Positions 54,846-63,945 of a DNA stretch of 64,000 nt are shown here, piece after piece. This DNA is from an uncultured bacterium (GTDB taxonomy: Bacteria; Auribacterota; Erginobacteria; Erginobacterales; Erginobacteraceae), in assembly GCA_963822585.1 (NCBI GenBank), contig CAWGIE010000019.1:128001-192000 (forward strand). The letters are read 5' to 3'. Below the pieces are notes generated by a model. It was not told the DNA's origin. It was given only the letters and a program-made list of their open reading frames with translations, and searched no databases. A program made the translations under genes and the position numbers. Position 1 is the first letter of the stretch, and every line of letters begins with the position of its first letter.

Positions 54846-54933
54846 TGGAGTGTTGGAGTACTGGAGTAATGGAGTGATGGACAGGCAGCCACAGAACCCA
54901 TTATTCCATCACTCCAATACTCCATCACTCCAT
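54846..54933. repeat. Inverted octamer arrays (TGGAGTRW ... ACTCCAWY)
   Basis: Four left and four right units; related to the AACACTCC VNTR. Confidence 0.8.
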
Positions 54934-54976
54934 TAATCCATGTGTAAAGCTTGTAATCCGAAAAAGGAGGTTAGTG

Positions 54977-55357
54977 ATGACCAAGAGGTTTGAAATCTAT
55001 AAGTGCGAGGTCTGCGGGAACATCGTGGAAGTGCTTCACGCCGGAGAAGGGGCGCTCGTCTGCTGCGGACAGGAAATGGCCCTGATGGAGGAAAAGACCG
55101 CCGACAAGACAGTCGAAAAACACGTCCCGGTGATCGAAGAGGTCGAGGACGGAACGGTCGTCAAGGTGGGGAGCGTACCCCACCCGATGCTGGAGGAGCA
55201 CTACATTGAATGGATCCAGATGATTTCTCCCGATGGAGTTCACGCTCCCCGGCATTTCCTGAAGCCGGGCGAAGCGCCGGAGACGAAGTTCAAAATGAAG
55301 ATGGCCGGCGCTAAAGCACGGGAGTATTGTAACGTTCACGGCCTCTGGAAGAGCTAA
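54977..55357 (+). CDS. dfx: Desulfoferrodoxin (2Fe superoxide reductase)
   Basis: Motifs YKCEVCGN...LVCCGQEM, EKHVP, HPM..EHYI and YCNVHGLW. Confidence 0.95.
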   Translation: MTKRFEIYKCEVCGNIVEVLHAGEGALVCCGQEMALMEEKTADKTVEKHVPVIEEVEDGTVVKVGSVPHPMLEEHYIEWIQMISPDGVHAPRHFLKPGEAPETKFKMKMAGAKAREYCNVHGLWKS

Positions 55358-55542
55358 TTACCTGCGCCGGGATATAAAGGATCGGGGTGATTCATTTGAG
55401 TAGTCAGAGCCAGTCAAGGCGGCTGTTTAAGCGGCCATCATTCCAGTACCCCAACACTCCATTATTCCTTTATGGCACGGTCAGGCAACGGAACAGTCTC
55501 TTGATGTATTCTAGAGCATAATAGTTATCAGAGGAGGCCCCC

Positions 55543-56058
55543 ATGATCAGTGAAAAGATGCAAGACGCGTTGAACACCCAGATCAACAAGGAACTCTACT
55601 CGGCTTACCTTTATCTTTCGATGGCCGCCTACTGCGAATCGATCAACTTGAAGGGATTCGCCAACTGGATGACGGTCCAGGTCCAGGAAGAGCTAAGCCA
55701 TGCCCGGAAGTTTTTCGATTTCGTCAACGAGCGGGGAGGGAGGGTCAATCTGCAGCCGATCGACGGTCCTCCCACCGAATGGAAATCCACCCTGGCCGTC
55801 TTTGAGCACGTCTACGAACACGAACAGATGGTCACCGGCCTGATTAACGGCCTGGTCAGGCTGGCGCGTGAGGAAAATGATTACGCGACTGAAGCGGCGC
55901 TCCAGTGGTTTGTCACCGAGCAGGTGGAGGAGGAAGCCTCCGCCGTCGCAGTGGTGGAACAGTTGAAATTGGCCGGGGACAAGGGCGGAGGACTCTTCAT
56001 GCTCGACCGGGAACTGGGAACCCGCGTTTTCACTCCGCCCGCCGCGGCCGGAGCATAA
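55543..56058 (+). CDS. ftnA: Non-heme ferritin
   Basis: Motifs [25 protein letters not shown] and [10 protein letters not shown]. Confidence 0.93.
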   Translation: MISEKMQDALNTQINKELYSAYLYLSMAAYCESINLKGFANWMTVQVQEELSHARKFFDFVNERGGRVNLQPIDGPPTEWKSTLAVFEHVYEHEQMVTGLINGLVRLAREENDYATEAALQWFVTEQVEEEASAVAVVEQLKLAGDKGGGLFMLDRELGTRVFTPPAAAGA

Positions 56059-56216
56059 GCGGTCGGATGATGCCGACCCGATGTGTGTCCTGGGGCGTCT
56101 GTCTGATTGATTGTACATCTTGCCATAGTTGATTAGTAATTGAGTTTAACCCTGTTCATGAATAATCCAGGTTAACTCACAAATATTGAATAGTATTTTC
56201 CCGGAGGAAAAATAAC

Positions 56217-56438
56217 ATGAAAGAAAAAGTGGAAGCAGCGTTGGAGAAAATAAGGCCGTTTTTACAGGCGGACGGCGGCGACGTGGAACTGATCGATGTA
56301 ACACCGGAGGGAATGGTCAAGGTCAAGCTGACGGGTGCCTGCGGCGGCTGTCCGATGAGCCAGATGACACTCAAGCACGGCGTGGAACGGGCGATCCGGG
56401 AAGAGGTCCCCGAGATCACCGGCGTTGAGTCCGTCTGA
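56217..56438 (+). CDS. NifU C-terminal domain (Nfu-type) Fe-S carrier
   Basis: Motif [15 protein letters not shown]...[14 protein letters not shown]. Confidence 0.93.
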   Translation: MKEKVEAALEKIRPFLQADGGDVELIDVTPEGMVKVKLTGACGGCPMSQMTLKHGVERAIREEVPEITGVESV

Positions 56439-56559
56439 GCCGTGTTATTTTTATTGTACAAATTTTCCCCTTCATAGTAAAGTGTCCCCAATAATCCGGT
56501 CTGCCTCCGCGGCACGGCAGCAGGCTCCATCAAACACGCCCCATAAAGGAGGAGAACTG

Positions 56560-56886
56560 ATGGCTACCATCCGGAAAGGTGCGAAACTGGTTTGTGTGCG
56601 CTGCGGGCGCGAGATTGTCATCACCAACTCCGGGTATGCCCTGACCGATATCTGGTGCTGTATCCCAACCAACCCCATGGTCACGAAGGCCACGGCGTCA
56701 CAGTTAACCAGGGAAGCACAAAAGGAGGCTCCCATGAAGAAGGCCAAGAAGAAAGCCCCGGCCAAAAAGAAAGTCGCCAAGAAAAAAGTAGTCAAGAAGG
56801 TCGCCAAGAAGAAAGCCCCGGCGAAAAAGAAAGCCCCGGCCAAAAAAGCAGCCAAGAAAAAAGTCGTCAAGAAAAAGAAAAAATAG
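56560..56886 (+). CDS. Desulforedoxin-like CxxC...CC domain fused to a histone H1-like Lys/Ala-rich tail
   Basis: AGGAGG RBS; sequence LVCVRCG...IWCC..NPM followed by (KKAPAKKK/KKVAKKK)n. Confidence 0.75.
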   Translation: MATIRKGAKLVCVRCGREIVITNSGYALTDIWCCIPTNPMVTKATASQLTREAQKEAPMKKAKKKAPAKKKVAKKKVVKKVAKKKAPAKKKAPAKKAAKKKVVKKKKK

Positions 56887-56903
56887 GGATCTTCGTTTCC
56901 CTG

Positions 56904-56943
56904 AAAGGAGCCCCGGCCAGCCCGGGGCTCCTTTATTTTTTTA
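56904..56943 (+). terminator. Intrinsic terminator
   Basis: AAAGGAGCCCCGG-loop-CCGGGGCTCCTTT followed by a T tract. Confidence 0.88.
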
Positions 56944-57051
56944 TCCGGCGGTGCAGCCTCGAAGGCGGGTTCTGATGCACCCCACGCGTATGCGCGGCGG
57001 CCGCCATCGTGGTCAGCGGAGGCGGAAGAGCACACTTCGATATCATCAACC

Positions 57052-57804
57052 ATGAGTCCGGAGATCGACACCAGCGGGCGTCCCTTGACCATGGTTTTTG
57101 ATTTCGACGGCACCATCACCGAAAAAGACATCTTCGACGCCATCTTCAAACGCTTCGCCGACCCCGCCTGCTGGGAGGCGCACCGGGCCTATAACGACCG
57201 GGAGATCAGCATGAAGGAAGCCTACCTGGCGATGGCCGAACACTTCCGGGGCAGCGCCGCCGAGGTTCGCGATTTTGTCCGCACGTTCGCCCGACTCCGT
57301 CCCGGCTTCCGTGAACTGATGGAGCAACTCTCCGGCCGCGCTATTCGCTCGATGATCGTCTCCAACGGGTTCGACATCTACCTTCATTACCTCCTCAAGC
57401 TCTGGGCCCTGGCTTTCGATGAGCGAGATATTTTCTGCCACCACGCCGAGATCAAGGACGGCCGATTCATTCCTTCCTTCCGCGAGCACCGGTCCCTCCG
57501 GCATAACCGGTGCCTGATTGGGAAGGCGGAGATCATCCGGGAATTACAGCAATCGGGCTCGTTCGTCGCCTTTGCCGGCAACGGCTGGAGCGACACCCCC
57601 GCCGCCCATGTGGCCGACCTTATCTTCGCCCGGGACCGCCTGGCCGAATACTGCCGGGAGAAGAGGATTCCCTTCGTTTTTTTTAGAACCTTCGATGATG
57701 TCGCGGATTATCTTTTCGGGCCGCGAATCAGTGCAATCGGACCGATCGGTCGGATCAGACCGATCCGACTGATTAATTTTCCTTGTCGCGGGCGGACGGC
57801 TTAA
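57052..57804 (+). CDS. HAD-IB family phosphatase (MtnX-like)
   Basis: Motifs FDFDGTIT, IVSNG, GK and GNGWSD..AA..ADLIFAR. Confidence 0.85.
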   Translation: MSPEIDTSGRPLTMVFDFDGTITEKDIFDAIFKRFADPACWEAHRAYNDREISMKEAYLAMAEHFRGSAAEVRDFVRTFARLRPGFRELMEQLSGRAIRSMIVSNGFDIYLHYLLKLWALAFDERDIFCHHAEIKDGRFIPSFREHRSLRHNRCLIGKAEIIRELQQSGSFVAFAGNGWSDTPAAHVADLIFARDRLAEYCREKRIPFVFFRTFDDVADYLFGPRISAIGPIGRIRPIRLINFPCRGRTA

Positions 57805-57820
57805 GGAGAATAGTCTTATC

Positions 57821-58588
57821 ATGGAACACCCGAGTGACTCAAAAAGAATTCGCGCCAGCGGTGGTTACCGATCACTGCGCTCCTTCCGGGTGACAACGAT
57901 CATCTACGACGCCATGGTCTCGTTTTGCGACCGTTTTCTGGATAAACACTCACGCACTATTGATCAGATGGTGCAAGCGGCACGGAGCGGGCGCCAGAAC
58001 ATCGCTGAAGGCAGCCGGGCAGCGGCCACTTCAAGCCAGACCGAGCTGCGCCGGGTGAATGTCGCCCGGGCCAGTCTTGATAAACTGCTGCTCGATTATG
58101 AAGATTTCCTGCGGCGGCGGGGACTTCCTCAATGGGAGAAAGACGATCCTCAGGCGTTGGAAGTACGGGCAGTGGGGAAGAAAATCCGGACCGATCGGTC
58201 TGATCAGACGGATCAGTCGGATCTCAAGCTCTACGCCGCCTGGCTCAATCATGACGATCCGGCAGTGGTCGCCAACGCCGTAATCTGTCTGATTCACCAG
58301 GCCAATTACCTGCTCGACCGCCAGATTGCCGGCCTGGAGCGGCAGTTTGTCGAGGAAGGCGGTTACAGCGAACGGCTGGCGGCGGCGAGAATTGAACAGA
58401 GGAAGGCGCGCGACAATCGGCCGGATCCGTCTGATCGGTCCGATCGGTCTGATGGCCTCCCCCACTGCCCGCTCTGCGACGGCTTGATGGTCCTGCGAAC
58501 CGCCCGCAAAGGGAAAAAGACCGGGTCGCAATTCTGGGGCTGCAGCACGTTCCCGAAGTGCAAAGGAACCCGACCGCTTGAAGGATGA
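57821..58588 (+). CDS. Four helix bundle protein with suffix domain and topoisomerase-type C4 zinc ribbon
   Basis: Motifs GGYRSL, DQMVQAARSGRQNIAEGS, FVEEGGYSERL and CPLC...FWGCSTFPKC. Confidence 0.88.
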   Translation: MEHPSDSKRIRASGGYRSLRSFRVTTIIYDAMVSFCDRFLDKHSRTIDQMVQAARSGRQNIAEGSRAAATSSQTELRRVNVARASLDKLLLDYEDFLRRRGLPQWEKDDPQALEVRAVGKKIRTDRSDQTDQSDLKLYAAWLNHDDPAVVANAVICLIHQANYLLDRQIAGLERQFVEEGGYSERLAAARIEQRKARDNRPDPSDRSDRSDGLPHCPLCDGLMVLRTARKGKKTGSQFWGCSTFPKCKGTRPLEG

Positions 58589-58657
58589 GAAGTTGTTGGT
58601 CTGTTGCCCGAATCGATGCGGCTACCTTCCAGATGATGCTCCTGAGGGAGCGCACTC

Positions 58658-59896
58658 TTACTGGGCGTGGTAGGTGCAGGCTATCAGCTTGATAGTGCTT
58701 CCTTCTTTTTCCCAGTCCACGTTCTCGAGCGCTTTGGCCACCGTGTAACCGTGGAGAAAGTCATCGTCCTGCTTCATCGCGTACCCCTCTTTATGTGACG
58801 TGGTCAAGTAATCTCCGATCTCAATATTGCCACCTTCTTGGGTGACGAGGATCTGACCGTCGCCGAGAGCGTATATGGTGTGGGTGTTCTCTGTATTCTC
58901 CTGCTTGCCCGCGTACACGCCGAAGACGGCCTTGTCGTAGGCTTTCCGGGAAGGTTCAACCCGGTAATCGACCTGGCGAGGTCTCTTCGGATTGACACGG
59001 ACCGCCTGAAGACTCATCACGGTTCCATAGGGATACCCTTCTTTGTTATTCTCATTCGGGATTGATGCCTCATGGTCGGCGGTAAATGTTCCGTAGGTCA
59101 CGGTCCCGCCGGTGAAAGAGATGCCCCCGACAGGATCGCCGTCACCATCGAAAAAACCGACCAGGTAGCTGGTTCCAACACCGGTATCACTTCCACACTG
59201 GATGACGATCCCGGCACGGTTCGAGTTGTTGCCATCGTTCTTAAATTCCGCCACGTAGCTGGCCTTGTTGTCCTCAACGTCCAGCGCAGATGACGGATTT
59301 GTCGTCCCGATCCCGACTTTAGCGCCGTGGATAACAAAAACCTTGTCGGCAAATACAGTTTGTCCGAAACTATCCGTCGTTCCGAAGCCGAAGGAATTCT
59401 CACCGCTGACCGTGATGGCTGTACCCATCGCGATGGATGACAACCCACTGGCAGTGACATTCGCTCCCAGCGCTATTGACTGGGTGCCGACGTTGGCATC
59501 GTCCCATTGGGCGCCGATGGCTCGCCCCGCCCGGAAGGCCCATTTCACCGGATCGTAGAAGAAATTGCCGCTCTGTTTCAGCCCCGACTGCCCCAGCGGG
59601 ATATCGCCGGTGCTGCCGAAGTAGGCCCGGGTGACGCCTTTCACCGCCCAGAGTCCGCTGCCGGGGCGGAAGAGGGCGATCTCGGCGGCGGCCCCTCCCC
59701 CGTAATCTCCCGGGACCGGTATATCGAGCTTCCGGCCGAAGTAAGCTCTCGTTACCCCCCGGACCGCCCAGAGGCCGACGCTCTCCCGGAATATGGCGAT
59801 GTCGTCCTTACCGTCCCCGTTAAAATCGGCGGCCGGCAAAAGCAGGCCAAAACTCAGGATGGACAGGCCAAGCAAAGCTGTTATCAAGCTTCTTAT
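58658..59896 (-). CDS. Secreted fibre-like protein: two FG-GAP-like repeats, YadA-like head repeats, VGIGTTNP shaft motif, C-terminal chaperone-like domain
   Basis: Signal peptide; motifs [18 protein letters not shown] x2, SIALG..TASG.SSIAMG and GNIEIGDYLTTS..GYAMKQDDD. Start uncertain (ATA 59896 or TTG 59887). Confidence 0.75.
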   Translation of the reverse strand: MRSLITALLGLSILSFGLLLPAADFNGDGKDDIAIFRESVGLWAVRGVTRAYFGRKLDIPVPGDYGGGAAAEIALFRPGSGLWAVKGVTRAYFGSTGDIPLGQSGLKQSGNFFYDPVKWAFRAGRAIGAQWDDANVGTQSIALGANVTASGLSSIAMGTAITVSGENSFGFGTTDSFGQTVFADKVFVIHGAKVGIGTTNPSSALDVEDNKASYVAEFKNDGNNSNRAGIVIQCGSDTGVGTSYLVGFFDGDGDPVGGISFTGGTVTYGTFTADHEASIPNENNKEGYPYGTVMSLQAVRVNPKRPRQVDYRVEPSRKAYDKAVFGVYAGKQENTENTHTIYALGDGQILVTQEGGNIEIGDYLTTSHKEGYAMKQDDDFLHGYTVAKALENVDWEKEGSTIKLIACTYHAQ

Positions 59897-60020
59897 CGCT
59901 GCACCTCATTTTTTCTTCGTAGAATTTTATGGTGTTACGTTTCCTGCTTCTAAACCTTAATAAAATGATTGTGGGAGGGATTTCCAACCCCGATTTTTGG
60001 TCCCGGGAATCGGAAACTTT

Positions 60021-62432
60021 TTATCTCGTTACCGGCGCATCGCCGGAGGTCCCGAAATAAATCCGGCTTACTCCCCTCGCCGCCCAGAGGCCGGAGCCGG
60101 CGCGGAAGATGCCGACATCGTCCACGGAGTTTCCGTCATAATCGGCCGGGACCGGCTGATCGGAGCCGCTTCCGAAGTAAATTCTGGTCACTCCCCGGAC
60201 CGCCCAGAGACCGGAAGTCGGACGGAATATCCCGACACCCCAGGTTCCGCTGCCGTCATAGTCCCCGGGGACCGGTTCGTCGCTGGAACCGCCGAAATAG
60301 ATCCGGGTGATTCCCCGGATCGCCCAGAGGCCGGCCGCGGGCCGGAAGATCGCTATATCCCGGGAGAGGCCTCCCGCGTAATAACCGGGGCTGGGGACAT
60401 CGGCAGAGCTTCCGAAATAAATCCGGGGTGCTCCCCGGACCGCCCAGAGGCCCGAAGTTGGCCGGAAGATTCCCACCGACCAGGTGCCGCTCCCGTCATA
60501 ATCGCCCGGGACGGTCTCGTCGGCGGAGCCTCCGAAGTAAATCCGGCTGACGCCGCGCAATGCCCAGAGTCCGGAAGAGGGCCGGAAAATACCGATATCG
60601 GTGGTCCGGTCGCCGTCGTAATCGCCGGGAACGGTCTCATCGGTTGATGCTCCGAAATAGACCCGGGTCAAATCCCGGATCGCCCAGAGTCCGATGGATG
60701 AGCGGAAGATGGCGATATCCGAGGTCCCGTCACCGTTGTAATCGTAGATCCAGGGGGGCGACACCGCCCCTGGTCTGGGAGTGGGCGTTGATGTGGCAGT
60801 TGGTGGCGGCGACGGGGTCGGTGACGACGTGGGGAGCGAGCTGGGTGTCGGTGTAGCAGTCGGTGTCGGAGTAGGAGTCGTTGTCGGCGGCGGCGTGGGG
60901 GTAACACTCGGTGTGGGCGTAACCGTCGGTGTGGGTGTCACACTCGGCGTGGGCGTAACCGTCGGCGTGGGGGTCACACTCGGCGTCGGGGTTGCTCTGA
61001 TGGCCAACCTGCTCACGAAGCCGTCCCGAACGATGCCTGCAATCCCCGCCTGGTAGGGGTTTTTCGTGGGGAAATCGGCAGAACCGGTCCACCCGGTGAT
61101 ATAGGCCGCACCGGCTGGCCCCAGGCTGATTCCATACCCTTCTTCACCGCTGCTCCCCCCGAGGTAGGTGGAATAGGAGAGAGCCGAGCCGGAGGAGTCG
61201 AGAACGCTCACGAAGCCGTCACCACTTCCGGCATACCCCGCCTGGTACGGGTTTTCCGTGGGGAAGTCGGAAGAATTGGTTTCCCCGGTGACCCAGGCCG
61301 CGCCGTCCGTCCCCACGCTGATTCCCCACCCTTGATCATAACCGCTCCCCCCGAGGTAGGTGGAATAGGCAAGGGCCGAGCCGGTGGAGGTCAGCGCGCT
61401 CACGAAGACTTTCTGACCTGTTGCTTTCCCAGCCTGATACGGATTTTCCGTGGGGAAGTTGGTAGAATTGGTATCCCCGGTGACATAGGCCCTCCCGTCC
61501 GTCCCCAGGCTGATTCCCCAACCCCGATCAGTGACGCTCCCCCCGAGGTAGGTGGAATAGAAAAGGGCCGATCCGGTGGAGGTCAGCGCGCTCACGAAAA
61601 CGTCCCAACTTCCGGCGTTGCTCACCTGATACGGATTTTCTGTGGGGAAGTCGGAGGACCAGGTATACCCGGCGACATAGGCCGCGCCGTCCGTCCCCAG
61701 GCTGATTCCATACCCCCTATCCTCGTCGCTCCCCCCGAGGTAGGTGGAATAGTAAAGGGCCGATCCGGTGGAGGAGAGAGCGCTCACGAAGACGTCCTCA
61801 ACTCCGCCGAACGCCGCCTGGTAAGGATTTTCCATGGGGAAGTTGTCGGGAGAAGTGGTAAACCCGGTGACCCAGGCCATGCCGTCCGTCCCCACGCTGA
61901 TTTCATACCCTTCATCATCCTCGCTCCCCCCGAGGTAGGTGGAATAGTAAAGGGCCGAGCCGGTGGAGGAGAGAGCGGTCACGAAGACGTCCCAATATCC
62001 GCCGAACGCCGCCTGGTACGGGTTTTCCGTGGGGAAGTCGATAGACTCGGTATACCCGGTGACATAGGCCGCGCCGGCCGTCCCTACGCTGATTCCCCAC
62101 CCTTCATCCCAGCTGCTCCCCCCAAGGTAGGTGGAATAGTAAAGGGCCGAGCCGGTGGAGGAGAGAGCGCTCACGAAGGCGTCGGTAGTTCCGCCGCCGG
62201 GGGTCGCCTGGTAGGGGTTTTCCGTGGGGAAGTCGGAGGACCATGTATACCCGGCGACATAGGCCATCCCGTCCGTCCCCACGCTGATTGCATGCCCCCA
62301 ATCTTCTCCGCTTCCCCCAAGATAGGTGGAATAATCGAGATTCAGGACGAGCGCCCGAAGCAAGCCGGGATGAACACCGGCGACCAAAACCAGAATAATT
62401 AAAACCAAATATTTTTTCATGGTATTCTCCAA
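60021..62432 (-). CDS. Secreted SBBP-repeat protein with PT linker and C-terminal six-repeat FG-GAP-like module ending PVTR
   Basis: Signal peptide, about seven near-identical SBBP repeats, and exactly 6 x 40-aa repeats at 60743-60024. Confidence 0.9.
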   Translation of the reverse strand: MENTMKKYLVLIILVLVAGVHPGLLRALVLNLDYSTYLGGSGEDWGHAISVGTDGMAYVAGYTWSSDFPTENPYQATPGGGTTDAFVSALSSTGSALYYSTYLGGSSWDEGWGISVGTAGAAYVTGYTESIDFPTENPYQAAFGGYWDVFVTALSSTGSALYYSTYLGGSEDDEGYEISVGTDGMAWVTGFTTSPDNFPMENPYQAAFGGVEDVFVSALSSTGSALYYSTYLGGSDEDRGYGISLGTDGAAYVAGYTWSSDFPTENPYQVSNAGSWDVFVSALTSTGSALFYSTYLGGSVTDRGWGISLGTDGRAYVTGDTNSTNFPTENPYQAGKATGQKVFVSALTSTGSALAYSTYLGGSGYDQGWGISVGTDGAAWVTGETNSSDFPTENPYQAGYAGSGDGFVSVLDSSGSALSYSTYLGGSSGEEGYGISLGPAGAAYITGWTGSADFPTKNPYQAGIAGIVRDGFVSRLAIRATPTPSVTPTPTVTPTPSVTPTPTVTPTPSVTPTPPPTTTPTPTPTATPTPSSLPTSSPTPSPPPTATSTPTPRPGAVSPPWIYDYNGDGTSDIAIFRSSIGLWAIRDLTRVYFGASTDETVPGDYDGDRTTDIGIFRPSSGLWALRGVSRIYFGGSADETVPGDYDGSGTWSVGIFRPTSGLWAVRGAPRIYFGSSADVPSPGYYAGGLSRDIAIFRPAAGLWAIRGITRIYFGGSSDEPVPGDYDGSGTWGVGIFRPTSGLWAVRGVTRIYFGSGSDQPVPADYDGNSVDDVGIFRAGSGLWAARGVSRIYFGTSGDAPVTR

Positions 62433-62647
62433 TGAAAATTTAACTTCTGAAATTGTTTCGAGTCGGGATAAAAGCGAAAAATCAATAACCGGTGATCGGT
62501 GATCAGTGATCGGTCCCGAAAAGTTCTGACTCCGTCAGAACCTCGGGATCTCCGCCCCGCCTCCGCCCCGAAGTTGTAATCGGGTTTCATCGGGGCTTCG
62601 TAAAATTTTAGTTCTGAACACCAACACAATTATAAGAATACATCGGG

Positions 62648-62971
62648 TTATTTCATGAATTTCTGCCGGGCCTGATATACCGGACAGGAATCTCTTTCCG
62701 GGCCGCACTCCTTGATTTCCCAGCACCGCTTTAAAGCCAGAAGATTTTTCACCCCCGCGATATTCATCCTTTTCCTCTGAAGAAGGTGTCGGATTTCCTT
62801 CAATCGCTCCAGATCACGGCAGGAGTAGTACCTGTTATTCCCCCGCCGTTTTGGTTTGATCAGCCCTTTCTTCTCCCAGATTCGCAAGGTGGTTGGGGTC
62901 ACCCCTACTAATTCAGCCACAATACCAATGGTGAAAAGGGCCTGCTTACTACTCAGATCATTTTCTTTCAT
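62648..62971 (-). CDS. MerR-family (HspR-like) regulator with C-terminal CWE..C..CP motif
   Basis: Motifs FTIGIVAELVGVTPTTLRIWEKKGLI, RYYS and MNIAGVK. Confidence 0.85.
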   Translation of the reverse strand: MKENDLSSKQALFTIGIVAELVGVTPTTLRIWEKKGLIKPKRRGNNRYYSCRDLERLKEIRHLLQRKRMNIAGVKNLLALKRCWEIKECGPERDSCPVYQARQKFMK

Positions 62972-63111
62972 TAAAAGACCAACCTGTATATATAAACCAT
63001 GTATATAAACTATCTATACATAATATTATCAGATAGAAGTGTCAAGCACTCTTTTATCCACGGCTGAATTTTGGAGAAGAAGAAGAGGAAAAACAGAACG
63101 CATCTTCTGCC

Positions 63112-63945
63112 TTATCTACAATCAAACCCGTCTCTCATGGATGCAGTAAACTGCTCCCGAATGTCATCATGATAGGGGCATAACTCGTAAGGAGAACCCA
63201 GCTGAGCATGAAGAACGTCCTCCTGGAAGTGGGCGTTATAGAGGCGACAGTTGGGGTCGGTGCAGAACGGTTCACCCATCAGGTGAAAAAAAATTGCCTG
63301 GAGAAGATACCCCTTCAAGACGTCGGTCAGGCGGGGGTCATCGGACTCAAGAAAGCGCCCGGCAAATTCCTGCTCCAGCGATACCCGGTTATAGCCCATA
63401 CGCAGTTTGAGGTAATATTCCCGTGGTTTTGCCGGCGCTGCCGCAGCGCCCAACGTGGAAATCAGCGAAGGGAATCCATAAACACTTACCCGGGCGTGAT
63501 ACCTCCGGTCATTTTCATCCCAGGTGGCGAAAAGCCGGTCGGTAATAATGACGTGGATACACTCTCCCGGGGGCTCGGACAGGGGGATCAGTTCAGAGAC
63601 GCAATGGCTCAGCCGGACGCCTTCATAGAGGGGTCCGCCCCGGACGCTTTCCGGGGCGGATATTTTTTTCTTTTCAAACGCCACCTCGGCCGGGAGAGGC
63701 TGAAGATCCCGGAACTCTTCGGCGGGGTTGACGATCTTCAGGGCGGCCAGACGACGGGCCCAGGTGTTCGCCCTTTCTTCGGCCGGAAGAGAATCTCCTC
63801 TCTCGAGAGTTTCCTGAAATATATTGTTCCGCAAACTGATCTCAAGGGCCGGGAAACAATTCTGAAGATAGCGAACCAGCGTCCGATAGCGGAGACCTGA
63901 GCGCCCTTCACTCCGGTAAAGATACACTCTGCGCGGATGGAGCAT
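63112..63945 (-). CDS. DUF6775-like putative metallopeptidase
   Basis: Motifs TDRLFATWD..DRRYHAR, APAKPREYY and FC.DPNCRLYNAH.QE. Confidence 0.65.
   Translation of the reverse strand: MLHPRRVYLYRSEGRSGLRYRTLVRYLQNCFPALEISLRNNIFQETLERGDSLPAEERANTWARRLAALKIVNPAEEFRDLQPLPAEVAFEKKKISAPESVRGGPLYEGVRLSHCVSELIPLSEPPGECIHVIITDRLFATWDENDRRYHARVSVYGFPSLISTLGAAAAPAKPREYYLKLRMGYNRVSLEQEFAGRFLESDDPRLTDVLKGYLLQAIFFHLMGEPFCTDPNCRLYNAHFQEDVLHAQLGSPYELCPYHDDIREQFTASMRDGFDCR

Noticed and set aside
58658..59896. Prophage tail fibre gene
   Set aside because: It has a signal peptide and the host surface repeat module, and no capsid, terminase, portal or integrase genes are nearby.
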